Of a stretch of DNA of 64,000 bases, positions 1-11,860 are shown piece after piece (within the stretch, counting starts at the first letter, position 1; each line of letters starts with the position of its first letter). The stretch comes from Octopus bimaculoides (lineage: Eukaryota). The notes under the pieces were generated by a model. It saw only the letters and a list, made by a program, of their open reading frames with translations, was not told the origin of the DNA and did no database searches. The stretch is taken from positions 22,048,500 to 22,112,499 of the forward strand of contig NC_068994.1 in assembly GCF_001194135.2 (NCBI RefSeq), in the 5' to 3' direction. A program made the position numbers and the translations under genes.

Positions 1-1462
1 TTAGTTTGGGAAGGGGTTTCTTAGGAGGATTTAACTTCCGGCTATTCACTGGTTTCACTTCTTCAATGTAATTTGAAGGTGCCCAGCCTTGTTCTGTGCC
101 AACCCTCACCAGCCACCAACCTGACTCATCTTTCTCCAACACTTCAATGGAATCATCACGGACAAAGCTAATCTCTTCAGCATTTTCTGCCTCGTAGCTA
201 TGAGAAGCCTGGTACTTTATTTCAGCACTATCTGCAATTTTCCCATCAGACTTATCTGTTGGAGTAGATGGTGGCTGAAGAGTCAACTTATGACCAACTT
301 GTGCTGGCGCTGGTTTTGATACAGGTGCTGTTTTCTGGGCTTGAAACTGAGGATATTTTGAAACAATTGTGTGAGGATTACTTTGAGTAACATTCTGATT
401 TAACTTTGGCTTTGTGAATGGCACTTTAGGTTTAAGACCCAGATTAGGAGGGAAACTCTCTTGAGAACTCTTAACTGTGGGTTTCAGAGCAGCTTTGCTG
501 AATACTGGTGGTTTCTGAAGTATGGCAGGACTTGGCTGTTTTGTATGAGTAATATGCTTTGAGCTTGTTTCATTTTTGTTGTCTTGTAAATTAGAATCAT
601 CCAATTTAAATTTTTCCTGTTGCCGTTTCAACAAATTCAGACCTCGATTATTTCCTGTCGTTATGTTTGCATCCTTGTTTTCACACTGATTCTGAAATTT
701 AGCAATCTTATCTGAAAGTTTAGATACACTACATCGTACAGTATCTTTCTCTTTTGACTCAGTTTCTCTCGCTTTTGATTCAGTAGTGTCATGTTGAAAA
801 TTATTTGAGCTGTTTTGTTTCTGTTTTAGTGCACTAGGCAATGATAATGGAGATGGTTGTGGTGGTGATATTCGCGTAGGTTTCTCTTTTGGAACAAGTG
901 ATTTCTTAAGACTTGACTGCCTTACATTATATTTTGGAGCTTGAGTGCTGGCAGGTGCAGCAGAGTCTGGTTTAGACACCTGTTGTTGGGATTTTAATTT
1001 GGTCAATTTAAACTGAAGCTCATCAGTAAAGTTTGATTCACTTGCTGCATTTGGCATCACTTTTACAGTTTCAACACTAGAAGAAGGAGCATTATTGTGT
1101 AGCAGTGGTTTTGGAGGATTTAGCGATTTCCTTCCAGGCTCATTTGCTACTTTTGTAGGAATATTTTTCTTAGGAGCCATAGCATCTGGATGTTTAGGAG
1201 GAGGTGGTGGTATAGATTTTGGTCGCATTGCACTATTATTTTTACCAGCTGAATTCAAGTTAGCACTGTTACGGTTAAGTTTTAATTGAAGCTTATCAGT
1301 GAAATTCTTATCTGCTTCATGTTCCTTCACAGAACTTGTTACATTCCCTGAGTCAGGCTCAAGAGAGTCATGGATAGTGTTCAGGTATTTTTTGTCACTT
1401 TCCACTTTTGCATTGGCACTAATGTTCCTCTCTGTAGTGACGTTCTCTGGATTTTCGTAGAT
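1..1462 (-). CDS. SH3PXD2A: Large coding exon (3' end off-window) of a Tks5/Tks4-like PX-SH3 scaffold: Pro-rich region plus SH3 domain (~56-217)
   Basis: Hand translation is open for 487 codons, IYENPENV...KKPLPKL; includes KYQASHSYEAENAEEISFVRDDSIEVLEKDESGWWLVRVGTEQGWAPSNYIEEV. Pyrimidine tract and AG at 1464-1463; phase 0 matches the 11082 donor. Absent from the ORF track, probably because no stop falls in the window. Confidence 0.93.
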   Translation of the reverse strand, partial: MYENPENVTTERNISANAKVESDKKYLNTIHDSLEPDSGNVTSSVKEHEADKNFTDKLQLKLNRNSANLNSAGKNNSAMRPKSIPPPPPKHPDAMAPKKNIPTKVANEPGRKSLNPPKPLLHNNAPSSSVETVKVMPNAASESNFTDELQFKLTKLKSQQQVSKPDSAAPASTQAPKYNVRQSSLKKSLVPKEKPTRISPPQPSPLSLPSALKQKQNSSNNFQHDTTESKARETESKEKDTVRCSVSKLSDKIAKFQNQCENKDANITTGNNRGLNLLKRQQEKFKLDDSNLQDNKNETSSKHITHTKQPSPAILQKPPVFSKAALKPTVKSSQESFPPNLGLKPKVPFTKPKLNQNVTQSNPHTIVSKYPQFQAQKTAPVSKPAPAQVGHKLTLQPPSTPTDKSDGKIADSAEIKYQASHSYEAENAEEISFVRDDSIEVLEKDESGWWLVRVGTEQGWAPSNYIEEVKPVNSRKLNPPKKPLPKL

Positions 1463-1665
1463 CTGAAGAAGAGAAAATAGTGAAAATCTGAGCAATTATA
1501 AACATTTCACATCTTTTTATCTCTAAGTTCAATTAATTTTAACAAATTTTCTTGGGTTAGCATTGGTTTAAAGTATTTTATAAGACAGTAGTAGTTTGCT
1601 AAGATAGATTTTATCCAGTTGCTGCTAATTATGTCATTAGATGTTCCTTTCTAACTTTCTAATAC

Positions 1666-1880
1666 TGGTTTCAAATTTTGGCACAAGGCCAGCAGTTTGG
1701 GGAGAGGGGCTAAGTTAATTAAATTGACTCAGTGCTCAACAGGTACTTATTTTAGTGATCCCAAAAGGATGAAAGGTAAAGTTGACCTCGGCAGAATTTT
1801 AACACAAAATGTAAAGACAGATGAAATACCACTAAGCATTTCACCTGGTATGACAACGATTCTGCCAGCTTGTTGTCTTT
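1666..1880 (-). mobile_element. tRNA-derived SINE with Meta-type core (family A)
   Basis: Reverse complement has A/B-box-like head and the CCTTTCATCCTTT.GG core shared with other copies. Confidence 0.8.
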
Positions 1881-2899
1881 TCTAATATCAACAACCTAAA
1901 CATAAAGTCAAACAGAAACTACTTTTTTCATAGCTGGGTTTAATAAATAAAGAAGAGAGAATATCAAGTAATCCTTAATGCAGGAGGATTGAACTCCCCA
2001 ACATACTGGCAAGAATGTTACTCATTAAGGGAGGCACATTAGTCATTGAAATTGCCTCAGATAAACTTGTCAAAATTGCAAGCACTTTCCAACTCTTGAT
2101 TATATGATTGATGTAATAAAGAGCTCCTAGCTTTTATACCAGTTGCACTAGTAATTTATCCAAACATAAAGTCATGGAACAACTGTAATGGAAAGTGACA
2201 TATTTTAGTTCTATATACATCTGTGGAACCAAAATTGAAAAGTATCCAAAATAATCAAAATTAAAACAAAAATTAAACAAAACATAAATTAAAAAAAAAA
2301 ATCAAAATCAGTTTATTTACAATTGTATGTTGTTAATTTAACAGTTCAAAGGTTCAGATGGTTGTATGTACATGTTAATGATGGGTTAGAAAGCAGTAAA
2401 ACAAAATAACAGAACTAGACAAATTGAGTCAAGTTCTTTCACAGTAACAGATGTGTAAATTATATGATGTTATTAAGGAAATGGATGTTAAAAAAAGCTG
2501 AAGAAAATTAAGGAAATGAAACTAGAAGAAGGCAATAAGAAAGGCAAAGAGGAATAACTAGAAAACAAAGAATAAAGCAATGAAGGATTGAAAGTAATCA
2601 AAGGAGAATTAAGCAAAGAAAATAATAAACCAGGGGAGAAAAAGGATGAAACAGAAGAAAGGGGCAATGATAAAAAAAAAGACAACAAAGAAATAAAGTG
2701 AGCATGGAAGAAAGCAAAGTGGAAAAATAGAGAAATTATACAAAAGAAGTCACAAAAAATAAAGACAGAAAGTATATCCTTGTGGTAAATACTAGACCAA
2801 TTATTGGTAAAGTAGGCAAGATGCTGTGGAGATAAAAAGTTAAGTTAAAAAGCAACAAATATAAAATAATAATCTGAAAAAAATTAAAGCACAAATCCA

Positions 2900-3210
2900 C
2901 AGAGGCATAATGGTTAATGTCAAGTGGTAGATACATAGCTCATTTGGTTTTGATTGGTTTACATGTAAGTTCAACTTAATGTTTACATACTTCAAATATG
3001 AATATTAAAAGCCTTAGTCCTGGATTTGATTCTACTATACGGCATCTTGAGCAGGTGTCTTCTACTTATAACCTTAAGTTGACCAATACAAGTGGAATTT
3101 GGTACACAGAAACTGCAAGAATGCCTTGTGAGTGTGTGTGTATAGATGTGTTTGTTGTCTCTAAATGCCCCATAACTGTGTCAATGAAAAGAGATCAATA
3201 AAATTTAGTA
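2900..3210 (+). mobile_element. SINE family B-like, decayed
   Basis: GGCATCTTGAGCAGGTGTCTTCTAC...GAAACTGCAAGAATGCC segment resembles family B in forward sense. Confidence 0.55.
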
Positions 3211-3713
3211 CAATTTTGAAATAGTACTGAAATTCATATGATCAGCTACCTTAGCCAAGTCCAAGACTGCATACACTAAAAATAGCCATAAGTTACTAAT
3301 CTCCCAGTGGACAGAACATGAGTGTTCCTTTTCTGATGAAAGTCTAACAGAACTGGAAACCTGTGTAATACAGTCCCACTTTTTCAGATTATGGAAAGAT
3401 AAATCCTATGATTTAACTACTTTATTTGAAAAACTTATATGTTTATTGAATTATGTATACCTTACATTCACATTAACCAAGCACTGTTGAGTACATTATA
3501 ATTCATTAATTCATCTTATCAGGGCTGTTATTCAAATTAGATTGTCATGTTCACCTGAGTCTTAGAATACACCATAAATAGCTATAAGTTATTCATCACT
3601 ATCTGATAATACAATAGGCATTCTTTCTCTAATGAGTGCCATCATTTGTCTTCCCTTTTTTTTGCCCTTTCACAGCATACAGTGTATCACGTCTTCCTCT
3701 TCCTATATAGGTT

Positions 3714-3747
<34 letters not shown>

Positions 3748-5284
3748 CAAATAGTAAAAGAGTATATGCATATATACGTACAGGTATGTGCATACCTACG
3801 TCTACCTGTATATATAGGTGCATATCTGGGTACAGGACATTGCAAACAAAACGTAGACAAAAAAATAATAATAACCAGAGTACAGAACACACACAGTCCA
3901 ATTTCAGCAGATTTTACCAATCAGTTTTGTACATGTGTATTTGGAAAAACTAACGTCAGCACTTAGGAAAAGTAAAGTGGGGCTTGTGGCTACTGGAGGT
4001 TAGAAAGTATCACATTTGATTTGCAAGTATCATGAAAAATATGCAGAGTAAGAAATATGGGAGAAAACATAGAGGGAAATTTTGTTCTCTAGAGTTTTGT
4101 CCCTTGGATACGATCAGATGGGCAGTTTCACCATGGTGTATGAGGAAATTACCTGTAGAAGTGATTTTGGGCTGGCACAAGGGTGGGATGGGTTTGATGT
4201 ATTGTTGTGGGATGTAAGGATGGGGAAAGTGTCACTTTAAACATCATGTATTGGTGTGCACGTGTGAGTGTATGTGTAGGTTTGTATGTAATGAAGTGGG
4301 GTGCAGCAAACCTTGCACCAAATCCTTGGATGGTGATGAGGAGATATTCTGATTTTGGAAGCTCTAGTATTTATTATTTATGATGCAGTTCATCAGTATC
4401 CAGTTTGTTTGCCAATTTGTGTTCAGGAGAACAAAGAACTATATACCCATAAATATACACACGTATATACATATGTACATACATAGGTACATACATACAT
4501 ATATTTATATAACATACACATGTGTGTTGTAGCACAGAAGAAGCCTTTTTTTTAAGGTAAAAGAAATACTTTGAAAATTACCTTGCATCTTCCATGATGC
4601 AAGTTGAAAAACTTTAGCAGTGTTCTTAGAGTTAAATAAAATCAGCCCCTTACAAAGATTTATTATTTGTAATATAGATAAAATCAAAAGACAAAGAATG
4701 TATACACAACCCATTCTATACATAGAAAAGGAGTATTATTTTCAAGCTTTCTATTTCTTTCACAGATTCTTTATTAAAAATTATTATACAACAACTGATA
4801 AATGACTTGTGTTGATCGCTGAATGTTGCCTACACATGGGATAGTTGGTGGCAGTTGTAGTTGGTGGGGATAGGTAGTCAGCATTGGCATGTGTGGTATG
4901 ATCACCATGGTATGTCACATGAAAAATTGCAGGACAGTTGAAATGAAAAGCATAGCAATGTGTACTACAGTAATAACCAGCAGTAAACCACCAGATTGGT
5001 GGCCATTGTCTGGTGATTTCACACAATGATTGCTCTGCTGGATTGTCTATCAATTTTGTCTGATAACTGGCTTTTATTGAGTGCCCACTGGGCGCTGCCA
5101 GATCATGTGGATGGGGCTTTGGTAAATATTAAAAAATATTTTCCTAGAATTACATTACCAAATTCTGAGTGCATCCTCCAAAATGCAGCATTTATCATGC
5201 TGCATTTTGATTTATTAAAATATTGTATATATCATCATCATCGTCGTTTAACATCCGCTTTCCATGCTAGCATGAGTGGGAATA

Positions 5285-5640
5285 TATTTTACTTGTTTCA
5301 TTAATTGGACTGCAGTCATGCTGGGGCACTACCTTGAAGTATTTTCAGTCAAATGGATCATCCCCAGGGCTTTTTTTTTTTTTTTAGGCCAGATACTTAT
5401 TCCATCAGTCTCTTTTGCTGAACAGCTAAGCTATGGGGGCATGAACACACTAACAGTGGTTGTCAAGTGGTGGTAGTAATGGTGGTTGTGGGGGGAGACA
5501 CACACACACACATTGTGGACTTCTTTTAGTTTCTGTCAACCAAATCCACTCACAAGACATTGGTCAGCACCTTTGCCCAAGGTGCCAAGCAATGGGACTG
5601 AACCTGGCTTGAACTATGTGGTCAGGAAGCAAGCATACAT
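5285..5640 (-). mobile_element. SINE family B
   Basis: Homologous to 58410-58795. Confidence 0.75.
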
Positions 5641-5690
5641 ACATACATATATATTATTTTAATAGACACGTTTTAATAGACATGTTTTTA

Positions 5691-5749
5691 TGTGCTACTA
5701 ATAGTTTCATATGTTGAGAAATACCTCAAACATATTCATCAGGCACAAA
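5691..5749 (-). ncRNA. Minimal type I hammerhead ribozyme in a Penelope-like terminal repeat
   Basis: UUUGUGC-CUGAUGA-AUAUGUUUGAG(GUAUUU)CUCAACAUAU-GAAA-CUAUUAG-UA-GCACA: full core, 5-bp stem I, ~10-bp stem II, short stem III, GUA cleavage triplet. Confidence 0.8.
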
Positions 5750-6913
5750 CCACACATCATAATGAACTAAAAATTGAATGAGAAAGGTTAAGAAGGAAGC
5801 ATGTAGAAAACGTGGAAGGTTAAAAAACGGAAAATGAAAACTGGAATACAAAAAAATGGAAGACAAAAGAGTAAAAAGTAGAAATGGTAAGAGAGTTATC
5901 CTCCTTAGACTTTAAATTATAAGGCTGGAATGGAAAGATGTCAACCAGTTAATCAGGTACAGGTGGAATTTTTCAATTCTTCAAAATGTACTTAGGCATA
6001 TGTTTGCAACCACAGAAAATTTCAGACCTAGAATTCAGTAGCCAGGGATCTTAGATCTGAAAAGAATCTGAGCTCTTTCAGCTGAACATAGCTTGCATTT
6101 ATTTGATCCATTAACATAAGGTGTGGAATTTTCAGTTATTTCCCACTTAATCACATGTGCTATTGTATTAGATTTCAAACTACATATATATAACTAGTCA
6201 ACTTAGTATCTCTGTTTTTGTCCTTATGTTGGAAGGAGGCTATGTGATCGGCATAGTGATTTTTAAATTCTCTTTCACATAATCCAATATAGGTCTTCTT
6301 ATCCATTGTATTATCATCTGGCATTGCAGTAACTTCTGCCTCATATGATAGATTTAATCATACATCGTTGGTCAAGTGGACCAGATCTTGAGTCTTGGTA
6401 TTGACCTCGTTTAGGTTTATGGTACTGACCTTGTGTAATGATACTCTTCATATTGGAGCAGCAGCTATATGATAATTTCAAAGAACGCCTATTAAATATT
6501 TTCCTGTATCTGTGAGTTACTGGAAAGTGTTTGTCTAGGAGAGACAAGAATTTATTTTCCTATCTTAGTTTATATGTTTAGGGAAAAGGGAAGGATGAAC
6601 CAAATAATTTTTCATGGCCTATATTTAGGTCTATTATTATTATTCTGATTAATATTAGAGGGAATATATATTAATTTATCTGTGCCTAAGTACATTTTGA
6701 AGAATTAGAAAAATTTCGCCTATACCTGATTAACTTGTTGATATCTTTCAATTCTAACCTTATAATTTAAAGTTTAAGGAGTATAAATCTTTTATTATTT
6801 TAACTCTTTTGTTTTCCGTTTTTCATTTTCTGTTTTTTAACATTCCATATGCGTCCTTCTCAATATTTCGTGTTTCTTCTCTCATTCAATTTTTAGTTCA
6901 TTAGGATATGTAG

Positions 6914-6972
6914 TTTGTGCCTGATGAATATGTTTGAGGTATTACTAAACATATGAAATTATTAGTAGCACA
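6914..6972 (+). ncRNA. Second hammerhead copy in the inverted Penelope repeat
   Basis: TTTGTGC CTGATGA ATATGTTT..AAACATAT GAAA TTATTAG TA GCACA; core intact, U-G wobble in stem III. Confidence 0.7.
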
Positions 6973-7392
6973 TAAAAACATGTCTATTAAATAATATTTA
7001 TCTCTCATCAGATGGAGTACATTTTTTGTTGATCTTACCATCACGGAACAGTAAAATATTTATAAATATATAAATATATACATGAGTAACAGTAGAGATA
7101 CAGGTGTCAATCCATTGACACCTCTACCGTTACTCATATTTATTCACCTGTCTTGGAATATGCCCTTCATAAGTATTATGGACCATATATTTAATATAAT
7201 GTACATGTCTAAATAGCTCAAGAGTGGATTTTCTCACACAGCTGGGTCTAATTGTTTACATACAATGCAAGAATATCTTTCGGCCAGTACTTATTTACCA
7301 AGTTTGATATTTACATAATATTGTTGTGTGTGTGTACTATTCCGACCTAATGAGGCGCCTCAGTTTAAGGACCTAATTCAACTGAATCTTAC

Positions 7393-7438
<46 letters not shown>

Positions 7439-8057
7439 CACACACACACACACACACATACACATATATATGCCTGACACAACATATATTACAAAATCTA
7501 AGAAAAAATATTTAATGTAGTTAAAAGACAGACTTGACCAGTTTTGAAACCTTCAGTAGTCAATATAGAGACACAAATCTTATTTATTGTGCATGGAGAA
7601 AATGAAAGATAATCTTGAAATGTTTCATAGATAGTTGGATACTCATCAGAGTATCAAATACAATACACAAGTGAACTGCAAAGGCTAGAGTATATCAGAA
7701 AATTTCTCTTCAAACAGGAAAGTAATGAGCATCCCGACATGTTTCATTACTATTTGGCTACTCATTAAAGGAGCACCAACCACCATCTGTTCACAGCAAA
7801 ATTACAGCAATTGTTATGATAACCTGGTTACTTTATATGTGTATTCATCAGAATAATTACAAAAAAAAAAAAATCAATTAATATTTGTATTTGTCTCTGT
7901 ATATATGTATACACATGCTAACATACATTTGTATCTGTAATGCGATGAATGTATGCTAATATATGAGTATGTATGTATGCACATATAACTATATATATAG
8001 GTGAGCACAAGTGTGTACGTATGCTGCTATATGTATATATAAACGTAATAGAGGACA

Positions 8058-8306
8058 ATAGAGGACAATAAAACATTCAGACAGATAGACGATAAAAAGG
8101 CGGACAGGAGAAACAACAATTAGAAGGACATGGAAAATAAGGACAGGTCATTTGTGGCCTTCTTTCTTCGAAATTGTAAGGACATCTGGTAACCTAACTG
8201 AAGAAAGACGGCCATGAATGACCTGTCTTCTTTTTCCTGTACTTCTAATTGTTGTTTCTCCTGTCCGCCTTTGTATCGTCTATCTGTCCGAATGTTTTAT
8301 TGTCCG

Positions 8307-8310
<4 letters not shown>
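8058..8310. repeat. Palindromic MITE-like element (~110-bp arms, ~30-nt loop)
   Basis: 8058-8169 is a near reverse complement of 8200-8310; abuts a (TA)n run. Confidence 0.85.
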
Positions 8311-8361
<51 letters not shown>

Positions 8362-8955
8362 TATATAGTTTTTTATGACTGCCTCACATGTATGGCCCAC
8401 GCTACTAAAAGTTTCATGCACATAGAACCCATGTACATTCTTCAGGCAGCAGCCATACCATCAGACTTAAACAGTTTAAATACATCATTAAGAACATTTC
8501 CCCACTTTAGAGACCACAATGTGTCTCCTCAGTTAAAACTACCCCTGAACCAATGAATTAACAAGAGTACAGGCTCTTGTTTACAAAATAAGCAAACAAA
8601 TTATTTGCTGGTGCATGCTGATCCCTGCCAAACTGATAATAATTCAGAGTGCATGGAGAATAGTAAGAAACCAAACAATAACTTATCTAATAATTCTCAA
8701 TATGTTCTGGCAGATTTGAACATGAAGATGGTCTTCATTGTTGTATTTTGTCATTGGAGAATGTCTCTCTTTAAACAATGGGTCCTCATAACACATGCGA
8801 TGCACTGATTTAGTTCCCTCTGTCACTTTCACATCCACTAAACTTTAAATAACATGGAGAACTAAGTCAACTCAGTACTCAATAAATATAACTCCCACTA
8901 TATGTGGTGAGAACTATTTTCATTTGTTTGCTCACTCACACGCACATATATAGTA

Positions 8956-9163
8956 CAGTAATCCCTTGACTATTGTGGGTGTTATGTTCCAAAGTCCCCC
9001 ACGATAGGTGAAAATCCGCGAAATAGAAACAGTACTAAACTGTATATTTTTTTTATTACTTTTATAATTTGTATATATTTATTTTATTATAAATGCAAAA
9101 CAACACCACAGAGGAATCAAAGTAAGCTTAAATAATAAACTGCGATATGGCGAGGAATTACTG
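8956..9163. mobile_element. Tigger/pogo-like MITE
   Basis: TA-CAGTAATCCCT...AGGAATTACTG-TA terminal inverted repeats. Confidence 0.75.
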
Positions 9164-9689
9164 TATACACACACACACACACACATATATATACATACAC
9201 ATAGACATGGATCATAAGTAGTATGTAATATTTGAGATTTGGCAGCTATTTCTAACACATAAATAAATATATGTACTATAAAACATTTCTATAGCTTTTG
9301 TTTTGCTTTTGGTGAACATTATGTCAGAATATATGAGCAAACAAAACAGAGCAACTGTTCTATGTATGTTCCATCTCTCTTAAGGAGTTTTTGTCAGCAG
9401 CAGTGTACAACTTTTAACTTTTCACAAACATATTTTTTAAAACAACAGCTATCAGAAGTTAAAAAAGTAAATTTGATGAACATATTTGCATATTTAACAC
9501 TTTCATAGCAGAAAGATCAAACATTAAATTACTGGAATGTTAACAATGCTTTGTTTCATTGCTACAATATACTATAGAAGGTATTGGTACTTCTTTTTTT
9601 CTTTCTTAGTCAACTTTGAAACTCTGTTAGTTATCTATCTATCACACACACATTGGGATATTTGTCCTAGATATTTTAAAAAGATGTAG

Positions 9690-10230
9690 ACACTCCCACA
9701 ATTCAGCTGCCTGGCAATCTCAAGTCATATGAATAATCATGTCGTTGATAAATTCAAGAAGAATCTGATAAACATCTTGAAAGAGTCTAGCCTAAAGATA
9801 TCTTTTACTACCAACTTAACAAAGGTTGATTTCCTAGGCATAACCAGACTCATGACCCCTATAAAGAGCCCAACAAAGAAACTGATTATGTTTAGACATT
9901 CCAACCCCACCACCAGTTGTAATCAGAAACTTAGTCACAGGTATCAGCAGAAGGATCTTCAATTTATTGGCAGAAAGGGAGAGATTCAACAGGGCTTCAA
10001 CCCATTATAATGAGTTGCAAGTTAGTGTATATGTAGAATACCCTGATCCACCCAACCCACCCACAAATCAGAAGAGAGAAGAGAAAGGTAATCTCGTTGA
10101 TCCTCCATTCAACCTAGATGTTTCTACCAATATAGCTGGGAGCTTCCCAATGCTAAGTAGGCAACATTCTCCAAGAACCCTAAGATATAAACTTTTTAAT
10201 TACCTTAATGTCATGAAAACCTCCTCCTTT
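9690..10230 (+). mobile_element. Decayed Penelope-like RT C-terminal fragment
   Basis: LKISFTTNLTKVDFLGIT, SN-PPVVIRNL and DPPFNLDVSTNIAG motifs across frameshifts; same type as the 5650-7000 element. Confidence 0.75.
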
Positions 10231-11081
10231 CTGTTCCACTTCATCTAGAGACTCAGATACCAGAGAAATTACTTCTGCAACATCATATGAAGCATTCTTG
10301 ATGAGGTCCTCTCCTAACTCACCCAGACTTCATAACTGCTAACTCCACCTCCATAGGATTTCATATATTACCAGCTTGCAGAATCCATCGAAAACCAACT
10401 TATCCTATTGTTGTCACCACAAGTGTATCTTGTTAATGAACTTCAAGTCATTGGCCATTGATAGCCAGCATATAACACCCTAGGTCTAGCTGGCAGAATA
10501 CACAATCCTGCTTGCTTGTAGAGATAATATCTTACTATCAGCAGATGATGCTGGTCATGTAAACTCATATTTAATCTTACACCATAAAACCTTTCCAATG
10601 AAATGTCACACCATACAGAATAACTAACTGTCACTAACATTCTGTTTTATCACATATGGCATCCAATAAAAGAAATTATGTTAAGATTATAAAAACACCC
10701 ATATCACTTGAACTGACTAATGGAGACCTAAATGCTCTCATTCACAAGCAATTTTAAAATCCTCAAACCACACCTACTGTCTTATGTCTGCACATATGTA
10801 TTTTCGATCTAAGAAAGGAAACCTCTACATGATAGATATGATCAAAATAGTAGTTAAATCTCCTTCATATCACATCCTACTGTTGTGTATGTGTATGAGC
10901 CAACAAAAGAGACCTCTATATGGTAGTTTGAGCTGAAAGTGTTAAACAACATCTATCTCTAACCAATCAAAGCTATGCATTTTGAGACAGTGAGAATTAA
11001 AATGCCTTGGCCATTGACACTGGTAACAAAGATATATTAGTTGGTAATTATACACTTTAATAAACACACATACTGAATTAC

Positions 11082-11433
11082 CTTAGCTGAAGCAGTTTTC
11101 ATGTCCTTGAAAGTATTTCTGCGTTTTGGAGCTGGAGCATAGATACGGCTATAATGGCTATCATTCTCATCCGAATCATCATTGTCATCAGAAAACTCAT
11201 CACTTTCATAGTCATTTTGGTAACTTGGGGCATTTGGTTTAGCATCCATATCAACAGAAATAATGTGGCTATCACCAACACTAGTCACTGGACTTTTGAG
11301 CAAATTGCTCACATCAGATAAGTTGTTGACTGTTTCTACAGTTCCAGAGGCAAGATTATCCAGTCTGTCTTGGACATTTCTTTCAGCCAACTGAAGGCAT
11401 GTGGCAGGAGCCCAACCAGCTTTCTCATTTATG
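11082..11433 (-). CDS. SH3PXD2A: Coding exon: end of SH3-2 plus acidic linker
   Basis: ttttcatag|C ATA AAT...GCT AAG|gtaatt; INEKAGWAPATCL...DYESDEFSDDNDDSDEND...MKTASAK; 352 nt, phase 2 to 0. Confidence 0.93.
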
Positions 11434-11687
11434 CTATGAAAAGACATGAGAAAAAGAAAAATCATTATTATTTGTTTTGAGTAGATACAAAATGGAATAC
11501 AGTCTACTATGCTTCTCAGAAATGTCTACCAATTAGCATTGATGTCAAAGTAAGTATACATGTTATCAAGATGTTCATTACATATTTTTATTATCAAATA
11601 TTGGGTATCTTGTACAATAATGATATCTTACAACAATAGAAAGCCATAAGTTTGGGAATAATTGATTATATTGACCATGATACAAGG

Positions 11688-11860
11688 CTGGTACCTATTT
11701 TCTTGACCTCCATCATAAAATTTTTAACATTATAAAATATATCCATTTTAAAAAGCAAAGGCAACCTCAGTGAAATTTGAACTCAAAATGTAAAAAAGCT
11801 GAAAGAAAATGTTGCTAAGTATTTTGTTCAATACTTTAACAATTCTCCCAATCTACTCCC
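11688..11860 (-). mobile_element. SINE family A, decayed
   Basis: Homology to other family A copies. Confidence 0.6.

Larger units (their letters stand above)
5650..7000 (-). mobile_element. 5'-truncated Penelope-like element (RT C-terminus plus GIY-YIG) with inverted terminal repeat
   Basis: Minus-strand LLDKHFP...KIFNRRSLKLSYSC, YEAEV...KTYIGLCEREFKNHY, IKWEI...NGSNKCKLC motifs; ~5650-6000 and ~6680-6995 are inverted copies, each with a hammerhead. Confidence 0.85.

Noticed and set aside
1095-1289. Gly-rich plus-strand ORF
   Set aside because: Antisense shadow of the Pro-rich coding exon.
2488-2730. Purine tract reading as a K/E-rich peptide on plus
   Set aside because: Interrupted by several stops; low complexity.
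3325-3380. CTGATGA...GAAAC...GTC hammerhead-like string
   Set aside because: No stem I pairing and only a 3-bp stem II.
7147-7210. CAG|GTGAAT donor in the last intron
   Set aside because: Nearest acceptor gives 61 nt with incompatible phase.
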